This document shows positions 48,306 through 61,678 of a stretch of 64,000 bases of DNA, one piece after another. Below the pieces are notes generated by a model. That model did no database searches. It saw only the letters and a list, made by a program, of their open reading frames with translations, and had not been told where the DNA came from. The stretch comes from Selaginella moellendorffii. Lineage: Eukaryota; Plantae; Lycopodiophyta. The position numbers and the translations under genes were made by a program. The stretch is taken from the NCBI RefSeq assembly GCF_000143415.4, contig NW_003314270.1:1543048-1607047 (forward strand). The letters run 5' to 3'. Numbering within the stretch: the first letter of the stretch is position 1; each line of letters starts with the position of its first letter.

Positions 48306-49986
48306 TTACCGCTTACTGGCCCACTCATCTGGGAAAGGCATGCTGTTCTTAAGCTCGAGGAACAAGGAGAACATTACATGTAGAGATTCAATGCGGCTCT
48401 TGTAGCTGTTTGGAAGCAAGGAAAATAAGAAAGATAAAAAATCTCAATGCTTACTTACACAGGAATGTCAAGGATCGAGCAGCACACATCTGAAAATGTG
48501 CCAATGTCCAAGTCCAGCTTCTCTGTTGGCAGTTCAACGGCTGTAAGTATCTTCTCTAGCTCAACAGGCCATTCCTGAAAACTCCATTGTTACATCAGAA
48601 TAATATAAAAAAGAAATGGGAGAAAACCACCTGCATGAGTTTGTCAATGCTAGGCATTGGCTTCGAGTATGAAACCGAAGGAGGCGGCTTACTTCTATGT
48701 AGCTCCTTGATACTGTTGATCCATGAATCCAGCTTTTTCGGATTCTTCTCGGGATTTTCGACTGATGCCACCTTGATCATTGACATAGATAGTTAGAAAA
48801 GCAAAACAACGAGAAAGGAAAACATTATCACGTTTCATACTTGAAGGGGATGGAGGTTTGATTTCATCGATGAAGCCCGCAGCTGTAAGTTTATCACCGC
48901 AGGATCACTTTGCTTGGGTCCGCGTTCATCTAGAACCTGCGAAGCGAGTTAACAGTTAGTTCGGACACTAGAAGAAAAGAGAAAGGGATAAACTACTTTC
49001 AAACCAAGGAAGTCAGGCTGCCCATCGGGGCGTGGAATCTTGATAAATTCGTCCACTCCACCAACAGCCGGAATGAAGTCCGGAATAAAAGGTTTCAGGA
49101 TTGTCCGCAGTTCCAGTTCCTTAGGCTTGTAGCAATGGATGAGCTGAAAGAGACCTTCGATCTCTTCACTAAGCTGCAAGAGAAAGGAAAACTTAGACAA
49201 CGAGAAATGAATGAATGAATGAATTAAGCTATTACCATCGATCAAACATGTTCTTGTTGAAAACCATCTTACTTTGGAGGGCTGATTGCGCTCAATTGTT
49301 GCGGGATGGGATTTCTTCTGAGCTGGAAAATCACTAAACAAGCTATCGTTTGGATAGCTTCTGCTCGTTATGGAATCCTCTTCACTGCATGAAAAAAACA
49401 AACACTGAACGCTCACCTCCTCAAATCTTTTATTTTTCACCTGTTTGATTGGACGCTTGCATCCTTCTAACAAAAGAAGAAGATTTCATTCAGACAAAGT
49501 TTAGTGAGAATACTTAAAAGGGATTGTTACCTCGGGTTGGAAAAACATCTCAGTTCGAACACTATCATCCGCAGGAGTTCTTTGCGATGATCTCCGGCTA
49601 AGGACCCGATCACCTACAGAGAAGAAAAAACCAGCCTGAAAACAATGGAGGAAATTCTCCAAACCTTCAGCTACACTGTTGTTCTCCTGGAAGCCAAACG
49701 CGTCTCGAAACCCCTTGTCACTCAAGCCGAACGCCTCCTCGAGCGAGCTCTCCGGGACAGCAAGCGAGCTCTCCCTGACCGTCTTGTCCGCGTCGCTCTC
49801 CTGCGATCCAGCGCCAATGTCCGATAGCTGCATTTGCGACGCCACGATCACATCCGAAAGCTGGAGCACGATATTTCACAGGAGCTCAATCGCAGCCACA
49901 AAGAGGATACTTACATCGTCTTCCTCCTCGTCGTCCAGGAGCAAGCCTTCGAAATCCGAGACACCGGAGACCCGCGATGACGCCAT
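48306..49986 (-). CDS. IFT46: Intraflagellar transport protein 46 (multi-exon)
   Basis: LKPFIPDFIPAVGGVDEFIKIPRPDG..LGLKVLDE..QSDP, SWINSIKELHRSKPP..YSKPMPSIDKLMQEWP and IESLHVMFSLF. GT-AG introns, ATG at 49986, TAA at 48306. Confidence 0.92.
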
Positions 49987-50141
49987 GCGCGACGAAATCT
50001 AGGGCTTCATAGGGAAGAAAGGATCACTATAGAATATTCTTCCATTTGAATTAGGTATCGCTATAGAATATATCCTTCCATTAGAATTCCCTTGCAAATA
50101 TACAACAAAGCTCTACAAAATTTAGGCAAAACTGGGAGGAG

Positions 50142-53100
50142 CTACTTGGCCTCGTACCAGCTCTTTGCATGGTCAGCGTCCACGTCCAGATTTACCTTGA
50201 GGAAGTTCTCGCCCTCGAATGGAAACGACATACACTTCACGACTATCTCTTGCGCCTCTTCCACCGATTCCGATGGCCCCTCGAGTATCACTTCGTCGTG
50301 GACCTGTTTCCACCGCTTTTTGTCAATCCACAGAGATCGAGAAACTGGATACCTGAAGGATTAGTTTCCATCCCAGCTCTCGAAGCCTTGAGTTCCGGTC
50401 GATCTCCAGCATTGCGCACATAGCAACGTCCGCGGCACTCCCCTGGAATCGAAAGGATAGAGAAGATCAAGAACAGGACAGGAAGTATACAAGTGTACCT
50501 GCACAGGAGTGTTGATCGCAGCTCGCTCGAGGTGTCCGCGAAGTACCGAGATCGATGTGTTGATGTCTGGCAGATGTCGACTCCTGCCGAGCAAGGTGTG
50601 CACTCGCTTCGTGATGCGTGCTCTCTCGATGGTATCAGTTTGCCATTCTTTCACTTCGCTTCTATCGTTGTACCAGAGGTCCAGGGTCTGCTGGGCTTCG
50701 TACAGGCTTACCTGCAGGAAAGAAGAATGAAACAACGAATTGGAAGGGAACTATGCTAACCTTCCAGTCCTTTGAAAGGCCCATGGCAGTTTTGCCGTAT
50801 GCAATGGAGAAGTTGAGCATCTTCGCTTTCCTCCTCTCGCTACCGAATTTATCCTGCCAGTAGCACAAGTTTTGGACTACCAAAAACTAGCGAACAGCAG
50901 TACCTTGAGTAGCGGGACTGGCGACTTGCCTTCGCCAGACCATTCCAGAAGGACTTCTCCGGTCTCTACAGCTTTGCGGACGTGAGGATACATGTTTAGC
51001 GCTGTTCTCGAATGGAAGTCACCACCAGCTTCGAACGCCTCCAGCATGCTTTTGCAGCCACTCATGTGAGCGAGGATTCTAAGTTCCAACTGTCCAACGA
51101 GATTGCAAACTATGAAGTTGAAGAAACAAACAAATATACCTGTCCGTAGTCCGCAACAATCAAAGACTTCCCAGGAGGGGCGATAAATGCTTTTCGGATT
51201 TTGTAGCGATCTTTTTCTAAAGCAGGTTGGTTCTGCAGACAAAAGTTACCACACTATGTTCAAGAAAGATGATCTTTGTAAACTTGCCTGTAAATTTGGC
51301 CTTCTAGCAGACAAACGTCCAGTCTCTGTGTTTATATTGAGCGAACAATGAACGCGACCGTCCGGACCAAGAATTTGGCCATTCTGTAGAGCACCGTTAA
51401 TAAACAAAGCAATGATTGAAATAAAAGTATACCTGTAAAGGTTGGATAAAGTTTGATATTAGCGTATCGATGGAGGATAGCTCGCAGAGCGCAGCAATTG
51501 CCATGCACGCCTTCTTGCCTTCTTCTCCACCCCCAAAAGCGCCATATGCTTTTCCATAAGCTGACAAGTCTTCACTTTTATCTCCGTCAGTCCCTTCGAC
51601 ACCACCGGATGTAATAAAAGTGGAAGCCTCGGGAGAGAATTCCGCCTCGTCCTCTTCTTCGTCGTAGTCTGTGACGACGTTGCCGGCAAGAGATTTCAAA
51701 ACTGCACCACTGACCGCCGGCCAACCCGATGGAGTGAATGTTTCAACAGGAAGTTGGACGTCAATGCCTTCCAACGATATAGATCGATACTTTTTCACGG
51801 TCTTCGCACCCGGTTCTAGATAATTATCGGAGTTTGGAACTTTAAAAGTCCGCTCTTTTGGGTACGAAACTGAAGGATCCTTTCTGCAAAAGGAAAATGG
51901 TAATTAAATGAATGAAGTCAATCACGAAAAGCGTTGGAGAAGCTTACTTGTTAGAAGTCCCCCCGAACAAAATTTGTCGAATTTGGACGTCACTGCAAAC
52001 ATTCATGTACATTGCGTCGGGGCAGTACTGAGAAGCCCATTTCTGGAAGCGGCTTACGGAGAGCTGCTTCTGATTAAGCGCAACCTTCTCAACTTCCGCA
52101 AGATGTACTGTGTCAACCCGCATGCCTTCGGCTTCCATTCGGACGAGAACATCTCCGAAATGCCGCCAATAGAGTTCGTAAAACTGGTACATGTTGCCCC
52201 TCTTATCGCCTTCCATGTACCATGAAGCCTTCAGCAGCTTCTTTTTGAGCGATGACCACAAGTGCCATGTACAAACCGAGTCGTGCGCCGAGTAGTAAAT
52301 CCACTTGTCACGGGTGTCTTTTGACGTTTGGAGCTCTTCCACGGGTGGAATAACCTTCAGCTTCCCTTCACTGCCATCTTTCTTCACGTTTGTAATTGCG
52401 AACAGATCCTTCATCGACGTCTTCCCATTCTGTAATGGCCTGTCGTCCATAACCTTCGGATCAGCGGTCAGCGCTTCCAGCGAATAACCAAGTCCTCCCC
52501 GTGCAGAATCCCAGAGGCGGGCAAGGTGCATCGTGTCGGCATAAAAACCAGCAGCTTTGATACCATAGTTCCCGAGAATGTGCTTATCAAAGCTGTAGTT
52601 GTGCCAGATCTGCAGAAACAGGACATTGTAAGAGACATTAAGGGTTTTTTTTTTTTTGTTTTTTTTTTATCAAATACCTTTTTGATTTCTGCGTTCTCAA
52701 AGTAAGGCCTGAAAACATCCAAAATTCCTGGTCCACCATTGAGCAAATCCACCCAGACTCGGGACTTTCCACCACCGAAGTCCACGTTTACTCCGCAATA
52801 GATGCTGAAGCACGTAAGCTTTCCATGACCAACGGGACTCTCCTTTTTGACATCAATATCCGCAACCTGCATGAAGGAGAAACAGCTCGTTAGCAGGCAA
52901 GCGGAGGTAAACAGACCAGAACCAAATACCTCTGTGTCACAAGCATGAACTTCATCCTTATACTTCTCCATCAGCAGCTTCACCACCTTCTCTGCACTCT
53001 TCTCGGTTTCTACTACGAGAATGTCGTCATTCAGGGTGATGTCCCACGTAAACACTGGTGCTGCCTTTTTGTTCAGTGGGATTTGAGTCGGAAGCCGTCT

Positions 53101-53851
53101 CTTCGGCTGAATAGCTGGAGGCACAGTCCGAGCCTGTGGTGAAGGCTTTTGCACCACTGCTTGAGGCGGAGGAGGAGCTGGCTTCGTCTGTGTCTCTGCC
53201 GCATGAACTTTTGCGGTTCGACTCTTCTCTTGTAGCAGGCTTCCATTTTGTGGAGCACATCTGGGCTGAAACTGAGGAACCTGTCTTCGTGGGAAACTTA
53301 CAAAGTTCCTCTGCGTGAACTCCGGAGCAGCAACACGGGGTTCCACAGGAGGAGGGGGATGAGTTAGCAAAGAATCACTGTAATTCTTCTGCCTGGATAT
53401 GGACGCGCTCTCCGAGCGAGGTGGCGTCGCTCCGGGTGTTTCCTTGGTAGTACTCGAACTGAATGGCGACTTTCCTTTTGGCTCTTGCAGCGAGATAGTG
53501 TGCCTCACAGGGACTTGAATGCTGATCGAATTGGCATAGTATTTCTCTCTGTAAAGCCTGCATTTAACAAAGAGCCAATAAGAACTAGAAAACTTTCGAG
53601 AAAACTGGGAGCGTACCGAAATAACGCAAGCTCTTCCTCTTCTGGCGCTGGGAGAGTCTTCACGGGCACTGCTGAGAAGGATTGCGAGCACGATGAGGGG
53701 CGAAATCGCGAATTTCCCCCAGGAATCGCCGCGCTGCTGCTTGGCCATGGCGGCACTGGTCCTATCGCTCCTAATGCCATTCTTCTCACACTCACCGCTC
53801 TCCACTTCCAAGCGCTGGCCCCAAACATCCAAGGCGCTGCTGCTGCTTCAT
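50142..53851 (-). CDS. POLI: Plant organellar DNA polymerase (Pol I-like, family A, 3'-5' exonuclease + polymerase), multi-exon
   Basis: ACDTE, WHNYSFDKH, YSAHD, GRLSARRPNLQNQP, DYGQLELRILAH, RRKAKMLNFSIAYG, ERAAINTPVQ and QVHDE. The start codon is less certain. Confidence 0.93.
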
Positions 53852-54033
53852 GAAGAACGCCAAAACCCCGAGGTTAGGGCTCTGGGGTTTAACTCCATTC
53901 ATTTTTGCGAGAAATGCGGGCTTAAATCCACGTTGGCTTGATAACTCCACGTGGCGATATACCACTGGTATTTAGCCAGTGAAATGGAAGAACCCTAAAA
54001 TCTCCTCCTAGGGTTCTTCCAAATCGCGAGAGA
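53852..54033. promoter_or_regulatory. Compact bidirectional promoter (Pol I / MinE) with G-box and telo-box-like motifs
   Basis: 182 bp between divergent ATGs, containing CCACGTGG (53947), CCACGTTGG (53928), GGTTAGGG (~53872) and AACCCTAA (53991). Confidence 0.65.
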
Positions 54034-54694
54034 ATGCTGCGATCAGTTCACTGCACTGGACGGATTGGAGGCTGCCTGGCGGAAGTAAGTCGATTACCGG
54101 TGGATAATCAGCATTTTGATCGTTTTCCTGGCGTAGGATCGAAATTTCTCTTTTCCGGGCTCGCGCAAGCTGCCACCGCGGAGCGCCCGCCTGTCTTCCA
54201 GATTTCGATCTTCACCAGCACAGCCGATTCGAGCCTTAGAACAGGATTTACAACACCAGCGCCTCGATATCGAGGAGGAGAAGAGATCGGGGGGTTTCTT
54301 GGAGCGCCTGGCCCGTGCTTGGGAGATCCTCTTCCCTCCAGAGGATACAGCCGCCGCCAGGCCCTTCGCGTCCAATGCCGAGATCGCCAAGCAGCGGCTG
54401 AAAATGATCCTCATCTCGGATCGCTGCTCCATCACCGACGACGCCAAGAAGAAGATCGTGACGAACATCGTGGGCGCCTTGGCCGACTTTGTGGAGATCG
54501 AGTCGGAGGAGAAGGTCCAGCTCAACGTCCTGGCCGACCCCGAGCTTGGGACGGTCTACTCGGTCACGGTCCCCGTGCGAAGGGTGAAGCCGGAGTACCA
54601 GGAGTTTAGCAAAGAGATCGAACAAGGCCTGGAGTACCAGCCCGTAGGTGATACCGAAGCCCGCACAGTGGCGATCAAGCTCGAGGAATCGTGA
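54034..54694 (+). CDS. MINE1: Plastid division topological specificity factor MinE (short 5' introns)
   Basis: FLERLARAWEILFP..SNAEIAKQRLKMILISDRC..KKIVTNIVGALADFVEIESEEKVQL..LGTVYSVTVPVRRVKPEYQ. GTAAGT donor at ~54085. Confidence 0.92.
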
Positions 54695-56505
54695 CGAGGT
54701 ACGATTGAGGTTCTAGACTTTCTCACATCGTGGCAAGACCAGAGAGGGGTGGTGGTCATCTTATTTCTTCCAGGGCAGGCAAGCACTCTTGAGAGACTGC
54801 GTAGAGAAATTCGTGAGAGAGTTTGGCCATTGTTATATAGAAACAGGGACAAAAGCGATGAGAAATCGGTGAGCTCGTTGTTTGTGAGCATGAAGCGTCG
54901 TTTTCCATGCCAGGAAGGAGAGGCCATCGGTGAAGGTGAAGTCGAGGTTGTGTTCGTGGCCTCGCTCGCGTCGCAGCTCTATATATCTCGAGCTTTAGTC
55001 GGATCGATTCTTTTTATAGCTTGAGCGCTCGCGAGCCCAAGTCTCATGAAATGTTGTTCCTTGGACAGAAAAGAAAGAGTTTTCTCTTGCTAGCTTAAGC
55101 ATCGGCTGCGCAGTAATCGCAAACTATAACGTCCCCCCTAGAGCTTTGCCACCTTGATTGTTGCTCCACAGTTACCGTCCAATAAAATGATCAAGGCCAC
55201 TCCTTCCCAACAGCGCTCTTGATCGAGCAAAAACATTCTTGATTGAGCAAAAGCATTCTTTTGTATTTGTCTTTCTTTTGGACTAGTTCACTGTACACAA
55301 GGGGAATTCTGATTTTGTTTGCCGCAACTGAGCAGCTTTGATGCGCAGCAAATCCAAGTTTTTATGAAGAATGTGGTTAGCAGTGTAGTTTTGTCCAGCT
55401 AAAGATTGGCCACTGGAATTCTTATTATAATTTCGAGTTTCTTCTGTATTTTACTTCTTGATACTTGCCAACAATACAGACTAATAGTTGCACATCTACA
55501 ACAATAAAACGATAGAGGCCGGAGGCTCGTGGCCGTCAGATCGCAGGTCCGGGGCAGGCTCGGTAGCCATGGTTATGGTAAAACTTTTCTTGATGTTTGC
55601 TAGGCCAATGAGAGTAGCACATTCTGCATGCTCATTGGGGGAATTTGACACATGTTTAGGAGCGAGATAAAACGGGATTTTGGGTGCGGTGTGCTTGCGT
55701 GAGAGAAGCGTCCACTTCTGGCGCGAGCGGATGCTTTAAAAATTCTTTAGTCTCATGACAAAGAAAACTAAATGTTTGGCCAACACACAGGCTGGACAAC
55801 GTATTAGTTAAAACAGCAAAGAGAGAAACACTCTGCCTATCTTTTCCTTTGGAAGAGGACAAGGGCACTTGACAATTGGCTGTGCGAAGTTGGCCTTTAC
55901 GAGTTCTCCATCATCATGGAGAAAGAGTACAAGATTGACATCACGAAGAGGATGCTTCCAGCTTTTTGAGAAGAAATAGTGTGTGCCCAAGAACACAAAT
56001 ATATCTTCACCATGGGCTACGTTGCATGGTCTACATCACTATCTTACACTAGTAACTTCTCAGCCAAGGGGATCCATAGATTCCACATGTTGCCCTTGTC
56101 CACCTTGTTCATTGTGAGGCTCAAGGTCTTGGGAACCAAAACCAGCCTTGAGTCTAGGACCTTTGGATGACTAGAGAGTATAGATCGATTTCATGACCAC
56201 TTTTTGGTGCTGTTCATAAACTTTCATGGGAAAGAAAAAGTGTAAGTCTTTCCATTGACAAACTTCTCTTTTCTACATACAAGAGAAATTTTTTTGTAGA
56301 GGACAAGCTCTTATGCTGTTAGGTGCTAGCCTTGATCATATAGGTAGACTAAAGAACTTAACCTACCTTAAGGGCTCATAATGGAGTGGTGGTACAGTGA
56401 GCTTTTGAGGTAGTTGGGGGGTGGTTTGGTGGTGAGGGACCTCAAAAAGAGGTGTAGTATAATCTAGAGAAATTAAACTTTTGTATCTTTATTATTTAGT
56501 GTTAG

Positions 56506-57230
56506 TTTAAGGAATTAACTCCTCGAGGTGTAGTAGGTTAAAAGATCCCTAAAAGCACAACCAAAACAATAAAGAGTTCATTGGATGAGATTGAATTTGA
56601 GATCAAATCCAAAACCAAGTCCGAGATCAAGTCCAAGGGAAAGCGATCATCCTTTAGTGGGGGGTGTTGGGGTTTCAAAAGTATAGTAGGGATAGTGAGG
56701 ATAAAGATTTAGTCTTGAAGGAATTCTTTAGCAATGCTTCTAAACTAAGTTGGGGTTGGAATTGGGGGGTGAGTAATTTTGGGTGGGAGTGAGTATGGGT
56801 GTGAGGAGTGCCAAAAAAGCTCCTCAAGGAAGTGTTCAAGAGCAACATTTACTCTGCAAGGGAAATTAATTATAATATTTCTGGCTTAGATGGAGTGGTC
56901 TTTACTTGAGTACTATATGGCTCATTGGTCCTCAACCCTTCCTTTCGGTATGGAGATGGGGAGTTGAAGCATCTATTTTGGGCCATTAAGCCATGGTGTT
57001 TCCTCTTTGTGTCCCAGATTAAAAGATGCATCCAAGGTTTGGGATTTAGAGGATCCCATAATCAAGCTTTGTGTATCATGGGATGTTAAGAACTTGGAAG
57101 TTTGGTGTGTTTGGCTACTTATGCTTGTAGGGAGTGTAGTTGAACATTAAATTTAATCTAACCTAGGAGGGGGATTAGGAGAGAGTTTGGGAACCCATGA
57201 AGAGTTGGATAACACTCTATTGCTCATACA
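56506..57230 (+). mobile_element. Old, heavily C>T/G>A mutated copy of the family-D LTR
   Basis: Colinear by eye with 57492-58500 (AAAAGTATAGTAGGGATAGTGAGG, GTCTTGAAGGAA, GGGATTTAGAGG). Confidence 0.75.
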
Positions 57231-57491
57231 ATAAATAATTGGACTTAAGTTGTGTGTAAACTTTTGAATTTGAACTTCTTGGGAGTTCACCCAACCAGTA
57301 TTATTTGAACTCAAGGACACTTAACCCCAAGTATCCCAAAACCCTTAACCGATTGGAAAAAAGGGTTTATGCGCTCCAATTCAATCTCGTTGACTACAAT
57401 GGAAAGAATGTTCATAGAGAAATGAAAAAAGAAAAAGTTCCGAGTTGAGTACTTACTTTGCAAAAATGACAGTCTTGTTTTGTCTTGCTTC

Positions 57492-58637
57492 TGTAAGGAA
57501 CCGACTCCCCGAGATGTCGTAGGCTAAAGGATCCCCGAAAGCTTGACTGAAATGACAAAGAGTTCATCGGATGGGACCGAGTCAAAGATCGAGTCCAAGA
57601 CCGACTCTGAGACCGAGTTCGAGATAGGGTCCGGGATCGAGCCAAGGCCGAATCGGAGACCGAGATCAAGACCGAGTTCGAGACCGAGTTCGAGACGGAG
57701 TCCGAGATCCAAATTGGGTCCGATACCGAGTCCGAGGTCGAGTCTGAAGTCGAGTCCGAGATCGGGTCTGAGATCGAGTCCGAGATCGAGTTCGAGACCG
57801 AATCCGAAGTCGGGTTCGAGATCGAGTCCGAGATCGAATTTGAGACTAAGTCCAAATACTAATACGGGTCAAGGGGTGAAAGCCCAAAGTGTGTGTCTCC
57901 CAGGGGGGGGGGCTGCAGGGGGTTCCAAAAGTATAGTAGGGATAGTGAGGTCTAGGAACCAGTCTTGAAGGAACTCTCCAGTGGTGCCTCCAAACTGACT
58001 TGAGGTTGAGACTGGGGCCGAGGGGCCTTGGGTGGGAGTGAGCATGGGCTTGGGTGGTGCTGGAGGGGCTATCCAGGGGAGTGCTCAAGAGCAGCTCCCA
58101 CTCCCAAAAGGGAAACCGACTGCGGTGCTCCCGGCTCATATGGAGTGGTGCCCCATTTGAGTACCTTGTGGCTCATTGGTCCTCACCCTTCCTAGGGGCT
58201 TGGGCCTTCCTTTCGGGATGGAAGTGGGGGGGTAGGGGTGCCCATACCGGGCCGTTAGGCCACGGTGTTTCGCCCCGATGTCTTGAAGCAAGTGTTGCAC
58301 CCAAGGCTTGGGATTTAGAGGGTCCCATGAGCAAGTCTTGTTGTACCAAGGGGTGTTAGGAACCTGGAGGCTTAGTGTGCTTGGCTGCTTGTGCCTGTGG
58401 GGAGTGTAGCCGAACCTTAAGTCCAGTCTAACCCGGGGAGGGGGATTGGGAGAGATTTGGGAATCCGTGGATGGAAGGCTAACACTCCATTGCTTGTGCA
58501 GTGAGTAACTGAAACCAAGTAGGAGCTGGTACAATAGGCGAGAACCTTGGCGAGGGAACTTAGCACAAGCCAAGGTAGTGTTGGTCGGATAGACGAGGTA
58601 AGCTGGCAAATTAGAAAGGAAAAATTTATGGCTTACA
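57492..58637 (+). mobile_element. Solo LTR of family D (1146 bp)
   Basis: TGTAAG...CTTACA termini, TSD GCTTC (57487-57491, 58638-58642) and an internal GAGTCC/GAGATC hexamer array. Confidence 0.93.
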
Positions 58638-58699
58638 GCTTCTTTACCTACTTTGAATCATAATTGAGAATTGTGATTTTTCCCAGCCGTTTTGCAACT

Positions 58700-61540
58700 A
58701 AAGTTGATAAAACTTAAAGTTCAACTTGTGGAAGATGATGATATAAGCATGATGAAAGGGTCTATCTGCCCTTTCTTGCTATCTCCTCAATATGCCAATG
58801 ATAACGTATGATTAAATGAAACAAGGGCTTATGTTCCCTCAAATGCTACTCTATATTTAAAAGATAAGTTGAGTAAGTTGAAGTAAATAGAAATCATTCA
58901 AGAGTATAGGAATGTGTTTATGGCCAAAAAGATAATTGTTATAGATATGGGTGATATGGATGCATTTTATGCTTTCATATCAAACTTAACCTAGGCTCCG
59001 AAAGAAGTGATGCTCTAGAGCTTGACCAATTACAGAGAATCATTGGATGCAACTATCCAATTGTATTTCAATAATAACTTGTGAAAAGAGAACACGATAG
59101 GGTTTAGATCCATGTTTAGCAAGGGAACAAAATCAAGAGGGACATTTGGAAAAGGGAAATTCAGGAAGAGTTTCTCTAAAAATGAATCTTCAAAGTTTCG
59201 AAAAGGCAAATTTAGTGGCTAAAAAGCAAGTATATAGGGGAGTTAGATGAAAAAAGACAAACCCACTAATAAAAAAAGCCAAGTCTACTAGTAGTGTAAG
59301 GAATAATATATGCTACAATTATGATGAAGTGGGACACTTTTCAAAAGAATATCCCTACTCAAATAAGGCCAAAGTTAATATGGCCATTAAATCAGGTGAA
59401 ATTCAAATTAAGATATGTGATTCAATCCCTAATTCAAAGTTACTCATCACATAAACAACTTTGGTAAAGAGTTGTTTATAATATCTACTAGCCCTTCGAA
59501 GGAATCTCAAAGGCAACTTTGTTAAGATCCTTATTGACATGGGTGTTTTAGATAATTTTATGGCTATAGACATAGTTTGGCAAGCCAAACTAACAATGCA
59601 TTAACTAAAAGAATCAAGAACTATAAAGTTTGTTCAAAGTAACTAAAGCATCAATGAGGTATTTTGACAAGTAAAAGTTAAAGTAGATTTCACCATTTTG
59701 GACATAGCAAGGTTTTATATAATCTTTGGAATGGATTAATTCAATCAGTTTATGGTAACTTTATATGGATAAGGTAAAAATTTAGTGGTATTGGCAAATG
59801 CCCGAGGAGAATGATCTAGGGTAAAGGCTTAGAATCTTAAGATAGGGCAATGTAAAGCTAAAGGCTCTTATTTAAACTTGGTATCCATGAAAGAACAACT
59901 CACTGAAGAAACTAAAGTAGCATTTTTGTATTGATAAAAAGACAGGAACAGAGGAAGTGCATTTAATGATTTAACAAATGTTAGATTAATTTTAAAATAC
60001 TATGCCAAAGGAATTACTAACGAGGCTACCCCCTACTTGGCCGATAAAACATAAAATTGAGTATGTCAAGGGTGTTAAAGCAATGGTTCATCTCCCCTAT
60101 CAGTTGAATAAAAAAAAACTTAAGGGACTCAAATGCCAACTTAAAGAGTTGGTTGATAAAAGGTAGGTTGAGCAAGTTGCCATATGAAGTGCTACTATTA
60201 TTTGTGAAAAAAAAATGGTTCTATCACATATACATAGATTATTAGTTGCTTAACAAATATACAAAGAAGAACAAATACCCTTTATCAAGGATTACAAACC
60301 TGTTAGTTGAGTTAGGAAAGGCAAAATTTTGTACCATATCTAGATCATATTGTAGTGGTTTACATTGATGACATCCTAATCTATAGCAAAATGCTAAAAG
60401 AGTATGGCAAATAACTGACAAAGATGATTGGGAAATTAAGGGAACACAATTTTTATGCTAAAGGGAGCAAGTGTGACTTTGCTCCACAAGAGGTAGAATT
60501 TCTTAAGCATATATTATGTAAGGATGGGCTTAATATGAATCCTAGAATGTTCAAGCAAAGAAATGTGAACAACCACATTAGAGCAATATTATGGTAGATG
60601 CTATAAATAAAAAAACAAGCTTAAAGTTGGTAATATCCAATGCAATAACAACCTTTTGGGATGATATGCAAATAACATATGAGGACAATAGTCTAACACA
60701 AGAAATGTTGTTAAGGAACCAAAATGCACACAATGCCCACTAAAGAGGCAAACTGCCTAAGGAAGAGAAAACTAATTATATGGAATGTAACAAACTCATT
60801 TCAAGGGGCATGTCCTAGAAGGGGAACTAAGGAAGATGGCCTTAAAAGATTGGCATTATAAACCTTTTGTAAGACATAGTGGAGTGCTTGAAACAATAGA
60901 CTTACTCAAATAAAAGTATCATTGGCTAAACATATGCCGTGACAAGGCTAGTGGGTTGCAAAGCCTTTTAATCCCCAATTGGTTATAGAAATGTCTTATA
61001 ATGGATTTTATCACGAAACTCCCCTCAAGTGAAGAGTTTGATGTTATATTTGTGGTGGTGGACCAATTTTCCAAAATGGCACCACAATGAAAATGGATGT
61101 GGAAAGTGTGGCAAAGTTATTCTTTGAATAAGTTGTTTGAGTGTGGGAAAGGCTAGAGGAAATTATCTTGAACCGAGATAAGATTTTCACTAGTAAATTC
61201 TAAAGAACTCTCTTGGAGTAATATTGCACTAACATGAAATTCAGCATAACTTATCACCCATAGACAAGTAATAAGTATTAAGTCAATTATAATGGCAATA
61301 ATAGTTTTTGACAGATGGGCAAATATAAAAGGTGAATAGGTAGCTAAAGGATTTTATGATGCTATATCTTTGGAGACTAAATTGATTAGGTAAGTCATTT
61401 GGGACTTGTGAAAATGTGTTATAACAACTCACCACATTCGAGTATCAGGGTGAGTCCATGAGAAGTCATCAATAGGCAAGCCATTGAAAGTCCTATAAAA
61501 CCTGGGGTGGCCAAGTATCATAAACAGTTACCCCAGTAAA
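58700..61540 (+). pseudogene. Highly degenerate Ty3/Gypsy gag-pol
   Basis: CYNYDEVGHFSKE knuckle (~59310), LIDMG protease (~59530), VVVYIDDILIYS RT (~60350), MDFITKLP..VVVDQFSKM integrase (~61000). Many stops and frameshifts. Confidence 0.8.
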
Positions 61541-61593
61541 GGCATTCACAATGGAAATGTTGCAGCTATAAGCATTTTGAGCTTAAGATCAAG

Positions 61594-61678
61594 ACTCCTA
61601 CTCCTACTTCTACTTCTACTCCCACTCCTACTCCCACTCCCACTCCTACTCCTACTTTTGCTCCCTCTCCTACTCCTT
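61594..61678 (+). repeat. (CTCCTA/CTCCCA/CTTCTA)n hexamer microsatellite
   Basis: Directly visible. Confidence 0.85.
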
